A stretch of DNA of 64,000 bases from Thermoanaerobaculia bacterium (GCA_044229475.1 JBGASW010000006.1:57090-121089); one strand, 5' to 3'. Shown: positions 50,648 to 60,880, counted from the first letter of the stretch. Numbers and translations: made by a program. Notes: a model not told the origin generated them from the letters alone.

Positions 50648-51799
50648 ATGCCGGAGCGAGCGGACGTCGCGATCATCGGCGCGGGGGTCATCGGAACGAG
50701 CGTCGCGTTTCAGCTCGCGCGGCTCGGGGCGACGCGGGTCGTCCTTCTCGAAAAGGAATCGCTGCCCGGCACCGGCTCGACGTCGAAGGCGAACGGCGGC
50801 ATCCGTGCGCAGTTCACGACGGACGTCAACGTCGCGATGTCGCTCGCCTCGATGGAGATCCTCGACGCGCTCGCGGGCGAGATCGGCCAGCCGCCGATGT
50901 ACAACAAGGCGGGCTACCTCTTCCTGACGGGCGACGCGGGGAAGCTCGCCGCGATGGAATCGGCGGCCGCGTTCCAGCGCGCCCGCGGCGTCGCGGTCGA
51001 GGTCCTCGACCCGGCGGCGGTGCGCGCGCGGGCGCCGTACGCGGAAGGCCCGATCGCCGGCGGGACGTTCGGCCCGCGGGACGGCTTCATCGACCCCGGC
51101 GGACTGACGAACTTCTTCCTGCGCGAGGCCGCGCGCGCGGGCGTGAGGACACTTTACGGCGCGGGAGTCAGGGCCATTGCGCGCGCGGGCGCCGACTACC
51201 GCCTCGAGACCGAAGCCGGCGCGGTCGAGGCGGGCGCCGTCGTGATCGCGGCGGGACCCTGGACCGGCCGGGTCGCGGCTCTCGCCGGCCTCGACGTCCC
51301 CGTCGAGCCCGTCCGCCGGCACATCTTCGTGAGCGGCCCCTGCCCGCACCTGCCGCCCGTGATTCCCATGACGATCGACGCGGACAGCGGCGTCCTCGTG
51401 CGCCGCGAGGGTAACCGCGTTGCGATCGCATGGTCGAACGCGGACGAGCCGCCCGGCTTCAATGCGGCGTTCGACCCGGACTTCTTCCTGCGCTTCGCCG
51501 AGCCCCTCGAAGCCCGGTTCCCGTCCATCGCGGCGGCCGGGCTCGACATGCGCAGGAGCTGGTCCGGCCTCTACGAAGTCACGCCGGACCACCACGCCGT
51601 CGTGGGCGCCGTGCCGGAAATGGCGGGCCTCTTCGTCGCGTCGGGCTTCTCGGGCCACGGCGTCATGCACGCCCCCGCGGCGGGGCGGGCGATCGCCGAG
51701 CTGATCCTCCGGGGGCGGTGCGAGACGGTGGACGTCGCGCCGCTCGCGCTCGACCGCTTCCGCCGCGGCGCCCTGATCCACGAGACGATGGTCCTTTGA
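50648..51799 (+). CDS. FAD-dependent oxidoreductase (DAO / sarcosine oxidase beta-like)
   Basis: IIGAGVIG, TPDHHAVVG, GFSGHGVM. Confidence 0.9.
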   Translation: MPERADVAIIGAGVIGTSVAFQLARLGATRVVLLEKESLPGTGSTSKANGGIRAQFTTDVNVAMSLASMEILDALAGEIGQPPMYNKAGYLFLTGDAGKLAAMESAAAFQRARGVAVEVLDPAAVRARAPYAEGPIAGGTFGPRDGFIDPGGLTNFFLREAARAGVRTLYGAGVRAIARAGADYRLETEAGAVEAGAVVIAAGPWTGRVAALAGLDVPVEPVRRHIFVSGPCPHLPPVIPMTIDADSGVLVRREGNRVAIAWSNADEPPGFNAAFDPDFFLRFAEPLEARFPSIAAAGLDMRRSWSGLYEVTPDHHAVVGAVPEMAGLFVASGFSGHGVMHAPAAGRAIAELILRGRCETVDVAPLALDRFRRGALIHETMVL

Positions 51800-51945
51800 C
51801 GGAGCCGGTTCGCCGGTTCAATGAAGCATCTGAATCAGCACGATTTCGTGTGATCTGCCGCCCGGGCAGGGCGATCATTCGCGGATCCAATCGGGTCCGG
51901 CCGCGCAACCCCCGTCGATGCAACACAGTCCGTTCGCCGCGCGGC

Positions 51946-51960
51946 TGGCACCGGACTTGA
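51946..51960 (+). promoter_or_regulatory. putative sigma-54 promoter
   Basis: TGGCAC-CGGAC-TTGA (-24 exact; -12 reads GA instead of GC), 50 nt upstream of the cytochrome ATG. Confidence 0.45.
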
Positions 51961-52010
51961 GACAACACGAACCGAGTCCCGATGACGGGACAAAACGGAG
52001 GAGAAAGAAC

Positions 52011-52286
52011 ATGAAGAAGACCACCACCGCCGTCGCCGCCATCGCCGCGCTCGTGATGGGCAGCTCCGCCTTCGCGACCATGGACATCATGAACCGCTAC
52101 AAGAAGGGCGCCGACGGCAAGGACATCAAGGACCCGAACGCGTCCTGCGCCAGCTGCCACAGGGAGAAGATGCCCAAGAAGGAGACGGCCGCCCTCAACG
52201 AGCTCGGCGACAAGGTCAAGGCCGCCAAGGGCAAGGACGGGAAGATCGACTGGACGAAGGTCCCGGTCGTCGAGGCCAAGAAGTAA
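52011..52286 (+). CDS. small periplasmic monoheme cytochrome c
   Basis: GGAGGAG RBS, signal peptide (..SAFA), single CASCH, Lys-rich. Confidence 0.82.
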   Translation: MKKTTTAVAAIAALVMGSSAFATMDIMNRYKKGADGKDIKDPNASCASCHREKMPKKETAALNELGDKVKAAKGKDGKIDWTKVPVVEAKK

Positions 52287-52321
52287 CGTCGTTCCAATCC
52301 GGCCGCCGCGCGGCCGTTTTC

Positions 52322-52357
52322 ACGCCTCCGGGCCTCCGCCCGGAGGCGTTTTTCTTT
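52322..52357 (+). terminator. Rho-independent terminator
   Basis: ACGCCTCCGGGC-CTCC-GCCCGGAGGCGT followed by TTTTCTTT. Confidence 0.85.
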
Positions 52358-52359
52358 CG

Positions 52360-53913
52360 TCAGGGCGCGCAGGGCTCGTCGGCGGCCCGCGCCGGGTCCG
52401 ACTTCGCCTCGAGCAGCTGAACCTTCGGCGGTTGCGTCGGCGAGAGCGTGATCTTCAGGGCGATCTCACCGCGCTCGCAGGCGAGGGTCCACTCCCCGCG
52501 CAGCGCGTTCTCGGCCTCGAGTGCGCGGGGCACGCATGCGCCGTGCTTCGCCCTCAGATCCGCGAACTCACGGCGTCGTTTCTCCAAGGGCGTGTCCAGG
52601 ACGAGGTTGTCCGCGGCGAGGGCGTCGAAGGCCCGATCGTCCCAGGCGGTGTAGAGCCGATTCACGGCGCCGTAGGCGGCCCTCAGAGCCGGAGCCGCCT
52701 GCGGAACGCGCGCCTTGAGGCCGCCGCCCCCTGCGAGGGCGTCGAGGGCGTCGTTGAAGATGCCGCTCCAGCCGGCGTACCGGAGGTTCGCGAGCGCCAC
52801 GAGCGCGACACCGTGCTCGGGCAGCCAGAGCATGAGCGACCCGTAGCCGGGCAGGCCGCCTCCGTGTGACACGACGTGGCGGAACTGGCAGGTCGCGCGG
52901 TCGTTGAGCCCGTAGCCGTACCCGCCCGCGGTGAGGCGCGGCTTGCCGTCGGCCGCGATCTTCACGGAGGCCCCGGTGGTGCGCGCGGCCTGCTGCATCT
53001 CGCGGCGCGACGCGCGCGAGACCGGGCCCGCGTCGGGGTCGTCGCGCGGCGGCCACGCCGAAAGGAAGAACGCCGTGTACCGCGCGAGGTCGCGCACGGT
53101 GGAGAAGAGCCCGCCCATCGCGCCGAACGCCCCGTCGCCGAGGAGCGGCTCGTCGACAGGGGTCTCGCCCTCGAGCCGCATTCCCGTCACGAGGCGGCCG
53201 GGCGGCACGGCCGACGCCTCCCAGAAGGTCGAGGTCATCCCGAGCGGCTTCAGGATGTTCGCGTCGACATAGTCGCGGTAACGCATCTTCGACGCGCGAG
53301 CCACGACGCGACCGAGGAGCGCGTAGCCCGTGTTCGAGTACTCGAACGCGACGCCCGGCGCGTTCGAGAACGGAATCCCGGCGCGCGCCATCGCGGCGAG
53401 GAACGCGTCGCTCTGCGCGAGCTGCCGGTCGCCCCACGGGTTGTCCTCGGGAAACCCCGCGGAATGAGTCAGCAGGTGGCGGATCGTGATCTCCGGGGAG
53501 TCCGCCGTCGCCTTCGGCATCCCGGCGAGCTCGGGCACCCACTTCGAGACGGGGTCGTCGAGGGAGAGCTTCCCCTCGTCGCGGAGCCGGAGGATCGCGA
53601 GGGCCGTGAAGCTCTTCGTCATCGACGCGATCCGGAAGACCGTGTCCGCATCCACGGCGCCGCCCGACGGGCCCTGCGCGCCCCAACCCTTCGCGAGGAC
53701 GAGATCGCCGTCCACGACGACGCCAAACGCGGCGGCCGGAAACTTCTTCTTCTCGACGGCCGCGGCGACGGCCTTCTCGACCGCGGGCAGCGCCGCGAGG
53801 AGCTTCGCCCGGCGTCCGGGATCCGCGAACGCGGCCGGCGGGACGTCGGCGGACGCGCGCGCGAGCGGTGCGGCGGCCACGAGTAGGGCGGCGAGGGACA
53901 GGATCGCTCTCAA
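52360..53913 (-). CDS. serine hydrolase, beta-lactamase/AmpC family
   Basis: Signal peptide, FRIASMTK (SxxK), LLTHSAG, YSN, HGG. Confidence 0.9.
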   Translation of the reverse strand: MRAILSLAALLVAAAPLARASADVPPAAFADPGRRAKLLAALPAVEKAVAAAVEKKKFPAAAFGVVVDGDLVLAKGWGAQGPSGGAVDADTVFRIASMTKSFTALAILRLRDEGKLSLDDPVSKWVPELAGMPKATADSPEITIRHLLTHSAGFPEDNPWGDRQLAQSDAFLAAMARAGIPFSNAPGVAFEYSNTGYALLGRVVARASKMRYRDYVDANILKPLGMTSTFWEASAVPPGRLVTGMRLEGETPVDEPLLGDGAFGAMGGLFSTVRDLARYTAFFLSAWPPRDDPDAGPVSRASRREMQQAARTTGASVKIAADGKPRLTAGGYGYGLNDRATCQFRHVVSHGGGLPGYGSLMLWLPEHGVALVALANLRYAGWSGIFNDALDALAGGGGLKARVPQAAPALRAAYGAVNRLYTAWDDRAFDALAADNLVLDTPLEKRRREFADLRAKHGACVPRALEAENALRGEWTLACERGEIALKITLSPTQPPKVQLLEAKSDPARAADEPCAP

Positions 53914-55286
53914 GGCGCGATCGGCTCGAAGCGCGCGGTAAAGTGCCGAAGGACGCGCGGGGCGGACGTGATGCGATAGCCGGGCAGGCTCGCGGCATCA
54001 CGTGCAACGGCGAGCACGACCTCGGACACGTAGTCGACGTGCGACTGCGTGTAGACGCGCCGCGGGAACGCGAGCCGCACGAGGTCCATCGGCCCCGGCT
54101 CCTCGCGCCCGTCGGGCTTCATCCCGAACATGACCGTCCCGATCTCGACTCCGCGGATCCCTCCGGCCTCGTAGAGGGCGTTGACGAGCGCGATCCCGGG
54201 GTACCTCGCGGGCGGGATGTGCGGGAGAAGAGCGCGCGCGTCGAGGTAGACGGCGTGTCCGCCGGAGGGGCGGATCATCGGGACGCCTCCCGCCTCGAGC
54301 TTCTCGGCGAGATACTCGATGGAGCGGATGCGGTACTGGAGGTAGTGCTCCTCGACCACTTCCACGAGCCCCTGCGCAATGGCCTCGAGGTCGTAGCCCG
54401 CGAGGCCGCCGTACGTCGGGAAGCCTTCCGTGAGGATCGTGAGGTTCCGCGCGTTCTCGGCCCACGCGTCGTCGTTCATCGCGAGGAAGCCGCCGATGTT
54501 CGCGAGGCCGTCCTTCTTCGCCGACATCGTGCAGCCGTCCGCGAGGGAGAACATCTCCTGCGCGATGGCCTTGGGCGTCCGGCCCTCCTGCCCCTTCTCG
54601 CGGCGCTTCACGAAGTACGCGTTCTCGGCGAACCGGCACGCGTCGAGAAAGAACGGCTTCCGGTACTTGTCGCAGAGCGCCCGCACACCCCGGAGGTTCT
54701 CGAGCGAGACGGGCTGGCCGCCGCCCGAGTTGTTCGTGACCGTCACCATGACGAGCGGCACGCGGTCGCCGTCCTCGACGAGCGTCTTCTCGAGAGCGGC
54801 GAGGTCGATGTTCCCCTTGAAGGGGTGGATGAGCGACGGGACGCGGCCCTCGGCGATCACGAGGTCGCGCGCCTCGGCGCCCTCGACCTCGATGTTCGCG
54901 CGCGTCGTGTCGAAGTGGTTGTTGTTCGGGACGACGTCGCCCTTCTTGAGGACGGTGTGGAACAGGATGCGCTCGGCCGCGCGGCCCTGGTGGGTCGGGA
55001 TGACGTGCTTGAAGCCCGTGAGGTCCTGGATGACGTCGCGGAAGCGGTAGAACGACCGGCTGCCCGCGTAGGACTCGTCGCCCTGGATGAGCGCGCCCCA
55101 CTGCGCGGCCGACATCGCGCCCGTGCCCGAGTCGGTCAGGAGGTCGATGAGGACGTCCGCGGCGGGAAGGAGGAAGACGTTGTATCCGGCCTCGGCGATC
55201 GCGCGGCGCCGGTACTCGGGCGTCGTCTCCTTGACGGTCTCGACGGACTTGATGCGGAACGGCTCGATGATCGTGCGGAAAGGCAT
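53910..55286 (-). CDS. tnaA: tryptophanase (beta-eliminating lyase)
   Basis: EPFRIKSVE, DLLTDSGT, HQGRAAE, MSAKKD, LRHFTARF (His favours tryptophanase over tyrosine phenol-lyase). Confidence 0.85.
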   Translation of the reverse strand: MPFRTIIEPFRIKSVETVKETTPEYRRRAIAEAGYNVFLLPAADVLIDLLTDSGTGAMSAAQWGALIQGDESYAGSRSFYRFRDVIQDLTGFKHVIPTHQGRAAERILFHTVLKKGDVVPNNNHFDTTRANIEVEGAEARDLVIAEGRVPSLIHPFKGNIDLAALEKTLVEDGDRVPLVMVTVTNNSGGGQPVSLENLRGVRALCDKYRKPFFLDACRFAENAYFVKRREKGQEGRTPKAIAQEMFSLADGCTMSAKKDGLANIGGFLAMNDDAWAENARNLTILTEGFPTYGGLAGYDLEAIAQGLVEVVEEHYLQYRIRSIEYLAEKLEAGGVPMIRPSGGHAVYLDARALLPHIPPARYPGIALVNALYEAGGIRGVEIGTVMFGMKPDGREEPGPMDLVRLAFPRRVYTQSHVDYVSEVVLAVARDAASLPGYRITSAPRVLRHFTARFEPIAP

Positions 55287-55345
55287 CGTGCCCGCAGGAT
55301 AACGCGCCTGCGGCCCGTCGGGCCGGACCGAAAAGGGGGCGCGGT

Positions 55346-55675
55346 TCAGCGCGCCGGCGTCACCACGGTGTAGCCCACCGTGACGCCCCGGTCGTCGGAA
55401 GCGTGAACCTCGATCTTCCTGCCGGTGACGTCCCCGCACTGCCCGCCCGTGACGGTGGCGACGACTTTTCCGTCGGCGACGAGCTCGACGACGGGCTCGG
55501 CGTCGCACACGCAGACGCGGTAGGTCGCGGGAGAGGTGCCGGTGTAGATCGTCTTGTCGGACTTCGCCTGGATCTGGATTTCGGTGAGCTTGCTGCAATC
55601 ACGGCCGGCGCCGGTGAGGGGCAGGGCCGCGGCGAGGAGGATCGCGAGCGCCACGGCGACCGGAGCTTTCCTCAT
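55346..55675 (-). CDS. small exported Cys-containing beta-rich protein
   Basis: AGGAGG RBS, signal peptide, 4 Cys, typical codon usage. Confidence 0.65.
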   Translation of the reverse strand: MRKAPVAVALAILLAAALPLTGAGRDCSKLTEIQIQAKSDKTIYTGTSPATYRVCVCDAEPVVELVADGKVVATVTGGQCGDVTGRKIEVHASDDRGVTVGYTVVTPAR

Positions 55676-55809
55676 GGGGAGATCCCTCCTCTTACAAGGT
55701 GCGTTCGGCCCCCGGCAGGCCGCCATTGAAGCAGCTGCTTCATGGGCGTCGGGCGGCTGCGGGCACACGTTTGAGACAGGGGGAGGTGTTCCCGCCTCCC
55801 GAGGCGTCG

Positions 55810-57114
55810 ATGGCCCACGCGACGGCGCGCACCGGATACCGGGACCTCGTCGACCGGCTGAACCGGTTCCCGCAGGGCGCGCCCCCCTCGCAGCTCCTCG
55901 ACCGGATCCTGCAGATCCTCTTCACGGAGCGCGAGGCGAGTCTCGTTTCGGCGCTTCCGATCAAGCCGTTCACGCTCGAGACGGCCGCGCGCATCTGGAA
56001 GACGACGCCCGCTGAGGCGCAGAACACACTCGACGCGCTCGCGTCCCGCGCGCTCCTCCTCGATGCGACGCACGGCGGCGTGACGCGCTGGGTCCTCCCG
56101 CCGCCGATGGCGGGCTTCTTCGAGTTCTCGATGATGCGGCTGCGCGGCGACATCGATCAGAAGACGCTCGCGGAGCTCTTCTACGGGTACCTCAACGTCG
56201 AAGAGGACTTCGCACGCGAGCTCTTCGCGCGCGGCGAGACGCAGCTCGGGCGCGCCTTCGTGAACGAGGACGCGCTTCCCGAGGACGAGCCCCTGGAGGT
56301 TCTCGACTGGGAGCGCGCGAGCGAGGTCGCGCGGACGAGCCGCGACGTGGGGGTCGGCCTCTGCTACTGCCGGCACAAGATGAGCCATCTCGGCCGGGCG
56401 TGCGGCGCGCCGATGGAGATCTGCCTGACGTTCGGCGGCACGGCGGCGGCGCTCGTGCGCCACGGCCACGCGCGCAAGTCGGATTCCGCCGAGGCGCTGG
56501 ACCTGCTCGCACAGGCCCGGGGGCAGGGCCTCGTCCAGTTCGGCGAGAACGTGCGCCGGCAGCCCGCCTTCATCTGCAACTGCTGCGGGTGCTGCTGCGA
56601 GGCGCTCATCGCCCAGCGGCGGTTCGGGTTTCTCAAGCCGGTCCACACGACCGGCTTCGTCCCGGAGGTCGACGCGGAGCGCTGCACGGGCTGCGGCAGG
56701 TGCGTCGAGGCCTGCCCCGTGGAGGCGATGGGCTCCGTCTCCGCGAACGACCCGAAGCTTCCGAAGAAGCGCCTCGCGCGGCTCGACGAGCGGATCTGCC
56801 TGGGCTGCGGCGTCTGCGTCCCGGCATGCCGTACGGGGGGCCTCCGTCTCGTGCGCCGGGAGAAACGCGTGATCCCGCCGCTCGACACGGTCCACCGCAC
56901 GGTCGTCATGGCGATCGAGCGCGGCCGGCTCGCGGAGGTCCTCTTCGACGACCGGACGCTCGCGAGCCACCGCATCCTGGGCGCCGTCCTCGGCGCGATC
57001 GTGAAGCTGCCGCTCGTCCAGCGCGGCCTCGCCTCGGAGCAGGTGAAGTCCCGCTACCTCGAGGCGCTCATCGAGCGGCTCGGTCCGGGCCGCGCCGGAG
57101 CGCGCCCGGCCTGA
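55810..57114 (+). CDS. 4Fe-4S dicluster-domain protein
   Basis: CYCRH, CNCCGCCC, CTGCGRCVEACP, CLGCGVCVPAC. Confidence 0.88.
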   Translation: MAHATARTGYRDLVDRLNRFPQGAPPSQLLDRILQILFTEREASLVSALPIKPFTLETAARIWKTTPAEAQNTLDALASRALLLDATHGGVTRWVLPPPMAGFFEFSMMRLRGDIDQKTLAELFYGYLNVEEDFARELFARGETQLGRAFVNEDALPEDEPLEVLDWERASEVARTSRDVGVGLCYCRHKMSHLGRACGAPMEICLTFGGTAAALVRHGHARKSDSAEALDLLAQARGQGLVQFGENVRRQPAFICNCCGCCCEALIAQRRFGFLKPVHTTGFVPEVDAERCTGCGRCVEACPVEAMGSVSANDPKLPKKRLARLDERICLGCGVCVPACRTGGLRLVRREKRVIPPLDTVHRTVVMAIERGRLAEVLFDDRTLASHRILGAVLGAIVKLPLVQRGLASEQVKSRYLEALIERLGPGRAGARPA

Positions 57115-57218
57115 CCGGCCGCGTTCCGTAAAACCCCTGAAATTCGGCTGAGATTGCGGGTTCCGCTGCGCCTACGTTGGGGAGCGTCCGACACAACGGA
57201 CGGAAAGGCAGGAACCCC

Positions 57219-58289
57219 ATGAAGAGCCGCCCGAGACTGATCGCTTTCTTCGCTGCCGCGGCGGCGACGCTGGGCGTCGCGGCCGCCCCGGCCGCCTCGG
57301 CGGACGGTCCGAAGCCCGTCAAGGTCATGACGTGGAACCTCTTCTACGGATTTGACGACGGACCGGTGATCGCCGCGGCGATGTCGGGCGATCCGGCGCT
57401 CATCGTGCCGGCGGCCACGGAGGCCTGGCGCCAGATCCACGCGACGGACTTCCACAGGCGCGTCCGCGACATCGCGCTGCGCGTCCGCCTCGAGGCGCCG
57501 GACCTCATCGGCGTCCAGGAAGCCGTCAAGTACACCCAGGCCGGCTCGACGGGCATCGTGGAGGAGCTCGACCATCTCGAGATCCTCGTCGCGGCGCTGC
57601 ACGACGCGGGCATTCCGTACGAGGTCGTGTCCTCGGTCGACACGCTGGCCATCGGACTGCCGGTCCTCGACGCGGCCGGGGAGCTCACGATGGTCTCCGT
57701 CCAGGATCGGGTCGCCGTTCTCGCGCGCTCGAGAAACGCCAAGGTCGCGGTCTCGAACCCGCAGAGCGGCATCTACCAGGTCATCCTCGGGCCGGAAGTC
57801 GGCTTCCCGTTCCCGTTGCCGCAGGGCTGGGCGTCCGTCGACGTCGAAGCCTCGGGACATCGCTTCCGCTTCGTCACGACGCACCTCGAGGACGCGTCCG
57901 CGGATCCCGCGGTGCTGCCGATCCAGGAGGCGCAGGCGGTCGAGCTCGTGAACCGTCACGCCGCCGACGGCCTTCCCGTCGTCTTCGCGGGCGACTTCAA
58001 CACGGACGGCTTCCGCAAGTGGCCCACGTACAAGCTCCTGACCGGTCCGCTCCACCTGACGGATGCGTGGAAAGCCGTGAACCACAACGCGCCCGGCCTC
58101 ACGTGGGGCCAGTCGCCGGACCTCCTGAACCCCTTCCCGCGCCTCACGCAGCGCATCGACCTCGTCCTCCTCTCGGGCCGGTTCGACGTGACGGACGCCG
58201 ACGTCGTCGGCGCCAGGCTCCTCGACCGCCTTCCGGCCGGCATGTGGCCGTCCGACCACGCCGGCGTCGTCGTGACCCTCGTCCCGTGA
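57219..58289 (+). CDS. secreted endonuclease/exonuclease/phosphatase (EEP) family protein
   Basis: Signal peptide, MTWN, GVQE, THLE, GDFN, RID, SDH. Confidence 0.9.
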   Translation: MKSRPRLIAFFAAAAATLGVAAAPAASADGPKPVKVMTWNLFYGFDDGPVIAAAMSGDPALIVPAATEAWRQIHATDFHRRVRDIALRVRLEAPDLIGVQEAVKYTQAGSTGIVEELDHLEILVAALHDAGIPYEVVSSVDTLAIGLPVLDAAGELTMVSVQDRVAVLARSRNAKVAVSNPQSGIYQVILGPEVGFPFPLPQGWASVDVEASGHRFRFVTTHLEDASADPAVLPIQEAQAVELVNRHAADGLPVVFAGDFNTDGFRKWPTYKLLTGPLHLTDAWKAVNHNAPGLTWGQSPDLLNPFPRLTQRIDLVLLSGRFDVTDADVVGARLLDRLPAGMWPSDHAGVVVTLVP

Positions 58290-58323
58290 GCAAGGACTCG
58301 CGCGGACGGAAAGGAAGGTCCCC

Positions 58324-59508
58324 ATGAACTCGCACGCGCGTCTCGTCCCCCTGCTCGCGGCCGTCGCGATCGCCGCGGGCCTCGCACTCAGCCCCCCAGC
58401 GTCCGCGGCCAGCGGAGCGCCCATCACCGTCATGACCTGGAACACGTACTTCGGCTTCGACGAGGGGCCGCTCTTCGGTGCCGCCGCGTCGGGAGACCCG
58501 GAGCTGATCGCCGCCGCGGTGAGCGACGTGTGGGCTCAGGTCCACGCGGCCGACTTCCGCGTGCGCGCCGCGGCGATCGCGAAGAAGGTGAAGGCCGCCA
58601 GGCCCGACCTCTTCGCGGTCCAGGAGGCCGTCCAGTACGTCCGTCTCGACGGGACGACCTTCGAGCCGATGGAGGTGATCGACCACCTCGCGATCCTCGT
58701 CGAGGCCCTCGCGGCCGAGGGGATGTTCTACGAGGTGCAGTCCGTCGTCGAGGACACGAACGTCATGCTCCCGGACGCGGAGGGCCACGTCGTGATGCTC
58801 CTCGACCGGAGCGCGATCCTCGTTCGCGGCGAGCCGTCTCCCGGAAAGCCGCGCCTCTCCGTCTCGAACCCGAAGAGCGGGACGTTCGCCCTCCTCGCCG
58901 AGCTCTGCATCGTGCCCGCGGCGGACGGCTCGTGCGAGGTCCCGCTCGTGATCAAGCGCGGCTGGGCCTCGGTCGACGTCGAAGACACCGGCTCGAGGTT
59001 CCGTTTCGTCGTCGCGCACCTCGAGGATGTGCCGGCGCCCGTCGCGAACGAGGAGCCCTCGCCTCTCGAGCAGCTCCAGCTCGCGCAGGCGGCCGAGCTC
59101 ACGCTCGGCGAGACAGGGCCGTTCGCAACCGACCTGAGGGTCGTGCTCGCGGGCGACTTCAACACGGACGCCGCGACGGGCTGGCCGACCTATCGGTTCC
59201 TGACGGCGCCCGCGCCGGCCGGACCCGGACTGAAGGACGCGTGGCTCGCGCTGCACCCGAAGGACGCCGGCCTGACGTGGGGCCCGAACCCGGATCTCCT
59301 CGCCCCGTTCCCGGCTTTCACGCAGCGGATCGACTTCGTGTTCCTCAAGGGAGACGGCTTCGATCTCGTGAGCGCCAACGTCGTCGGGAACACACGCGGC
59401 GACGTCGCCCCGGCCGGCCTCTGGCCGTCCGATCACGCCGGTCTCGTCGTGAGGGTGACCGTCGACCGCCCGGCGCGCTCCGTCGAGCGATTCGACATGA
59501 TTCCGTGA
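58324..59508 (+). CDS. secreted EEP family protein (tandem paralog)
   Basis: Signal peptide, MTWN, AVQE, HLE, GDFN, RID, SDH. Confidence 0.9.
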   Translation: MNSHARLVPLLAAVAIAAGLALSPPASAASGAPITVMTWNTYFGFDEGPLFGAAASGDPELIAAAVSDVWAQVHAADFRVRAAAIAKKVKAARPDLFAVQEAVQYVRLDGTTFEPMEVIDHLAILVEALAAEGMFYEVQSVVEDTNVMLPDAEGHVVMLLDRSAILVRGEPSPGKPRLSVSNPKSGTFALLAELCIVPAADGSCEVPLVIKRGWASVDVEDTGSRFRFVVAHLEDVPAPVANEEPSPLEQLQLAQAAELTLGETGPFATDLRVVLAGDFNTDAATGWPTYRFLTAPAPAGPGLKDAWLALHPKDAGLTWGPNPDLLAPFPAFTQRIDFVFLKGDGFDLVSANVVGNTRGDVAPAGLWPSDHAGLVVRVTVDRPARSVERFDMIP

Positions 59509-59567
59509 ACCTTCCCCGGGCGCGTGGAGGCGGCCCGGCACCCGCGCGGAGAGGCTAGACTGCACGG

Positions 59568-60878
59568 ATGCCGGACAGTTCCGCCCCGGGCTCCGCCCTC
59601 GCGCCGCCGCCGCCCGCCTACCGGTGGGCGGTTCTTCTCACGTGCAGCCTCGCGATGTTCGGGGTGTACTACGTCTTCGACGCGCTGTACCCGGTGACGC
59701 CGCTCCTCGAAAAGGCCTTCGGCTTCACGGGAGCCCAGATCGGACTCCTCGACACGGCCTACAACGTCGCGGCGCTCCTGACGCTCATCGCGGGCGGCGT
59801 CCTGATCGACCGGATCGGCGTCGCGGCCTCGGCCATTCTCTTCGGCGCCATCGGTGCCGCGGGGGGCATCCTGATCGCGGTCCTTCCGGTCCTCGTCCCG
59901 GGCGCCCCGTGGGCCGGGATGATGGCCGGGCGCTTCCTCCTCGGGATCGGCTCGGAGCTTTTCATCGTCGCGGCGACGACCGTGATCGGGCGCTGGTTCA
60001 AGGGCAAGGAGATCTCGTTCGCGCTCGCGATCCAGCTCCTCGTCGCGCGTCTCGGCTCCTGGGCCGCGGACAAGTCGCCCGACCTCTTCAAGCCCCTCTT
60101 CGCGACCTGGCAGCCGCCGCTGCTCCTCGCGGCCGCTCTCGGCGTCGTGTGGCTCGTCTTCGCGATCGTCTACTCGGGGCTCGAGCGCCGGGCCGCGCGT
60201 GTCTACGCGGTGTCGAGGCCCGGCATGACGGACAAGCTCGTGTGGTCGGACCTCGTGAGGTTCGACCTCGGCTACTGGTGGGTCGTCGGCCTCTGCGTCG
60301 CCTTCTACGCGACGATCTTCCCGTTCCGGACGTTCGCGAACCTGTACTTCATCGAGGCCAAGGGCCTGTCGCCCGAGGCCGCCGGGAACCTTAAGTCGAT
60401 CCTCCCGCTCCTGTCGATGATCGGGATGCCGCTCTTCGGCCTGCTCGCCGACCGGATCGGGAAGCGGGCGCTCCTGATGGCGGTGGGCTCGGCGCTCCTC
60501 GTCCCGCCGTTCTTCCTGTTGCCCTTCACCGGCGTTTCTCCGACGTTCCTGATGGGAATGCTCGGCCTCGCGTTCGCCCTCGTCCCGGCGGTCCTCTGGC
60601 CCGCCGTCACGTACCTCGTCCCCGAGGCCCGGCTCGGCTCGGCATACGCGCTCATGACGTTCTGCCAGCAGGTGGGCTGGGCCGGGATGAGCTGGGGCCT
60701 CGGCCTCCTCAAGGACGCCTCGCACGCGAGCGCCGAACGCCCGGAAGGCTGGACGCCCGTCGTCGTGACGCTCGGGGTGCTCGCCTCCGTCGGGTTCGTC
60801 TTCTCGTTCCTCCTCTGGCGGAGCGAGAGGGGACCCCGCCGCCACGGCCTCGAGGCGGTCACGCCGCCCGCGAAGTGA
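59568..60878 (+). CDS. MFS transporter
   Basis: About 12 TM helices, GVLIDRIG, GLLADRIGKR, WFKGKE. Confidence 0.9.
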   Translation: MPDSSAPGSALAPPPPAYRWAVLLTCSLAMFGVYYVFDALYPVTPLLEKAFGFTGAQIGLLDTAYNVAALLTLIAGGVLIDRIGVAASAILFGAIGAAGGILIAVLPVLVPGAPWAGMMAGRFLLGIGSELFIVAATTVIGRWFKGKEISFALAIQLLVARLGSWAADKSPDLFKPLFATWQPPLLLAAALGVVWLVFAIVYSGLERRAARVYAVSRPGMTDKLVWSDLVRFDLGYWWVVGLCVAFYATIFPFRTFANLYFIEAKGLSPEAAGNLKSILPLLSMIGMPLFGLLADRIGKRALLMAVGSALLVPPFFLLPFTGVSPTFLMGMLGLAFALVPAVLWPAVTYLVPEARLGSAYALMTFCQQVGWAGMSWGLGLLKDASHASAERPEGWTPVVVTLGVLASVGFVFSFLLWRSERGPRRHGLEAVTPPAK

Positions 60879-60880
60879 CC

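Noticed and set aside
51800-52010. Riboswitch or sRNA upstream of the cytochrome
   Set aside because: No recognisable c-di-GMP, TPP, cobalamin or SAM consensus by eye; an Rfam/Infernal scan would be decisive.
55287-55345. tnaC-type leader peptide for tryptophanase
   Set aside because: Only 59 nt of intergenic space, no Trp-containing leader ORF seen, and a -10-like hexamer lies 9 nt from the ATG.
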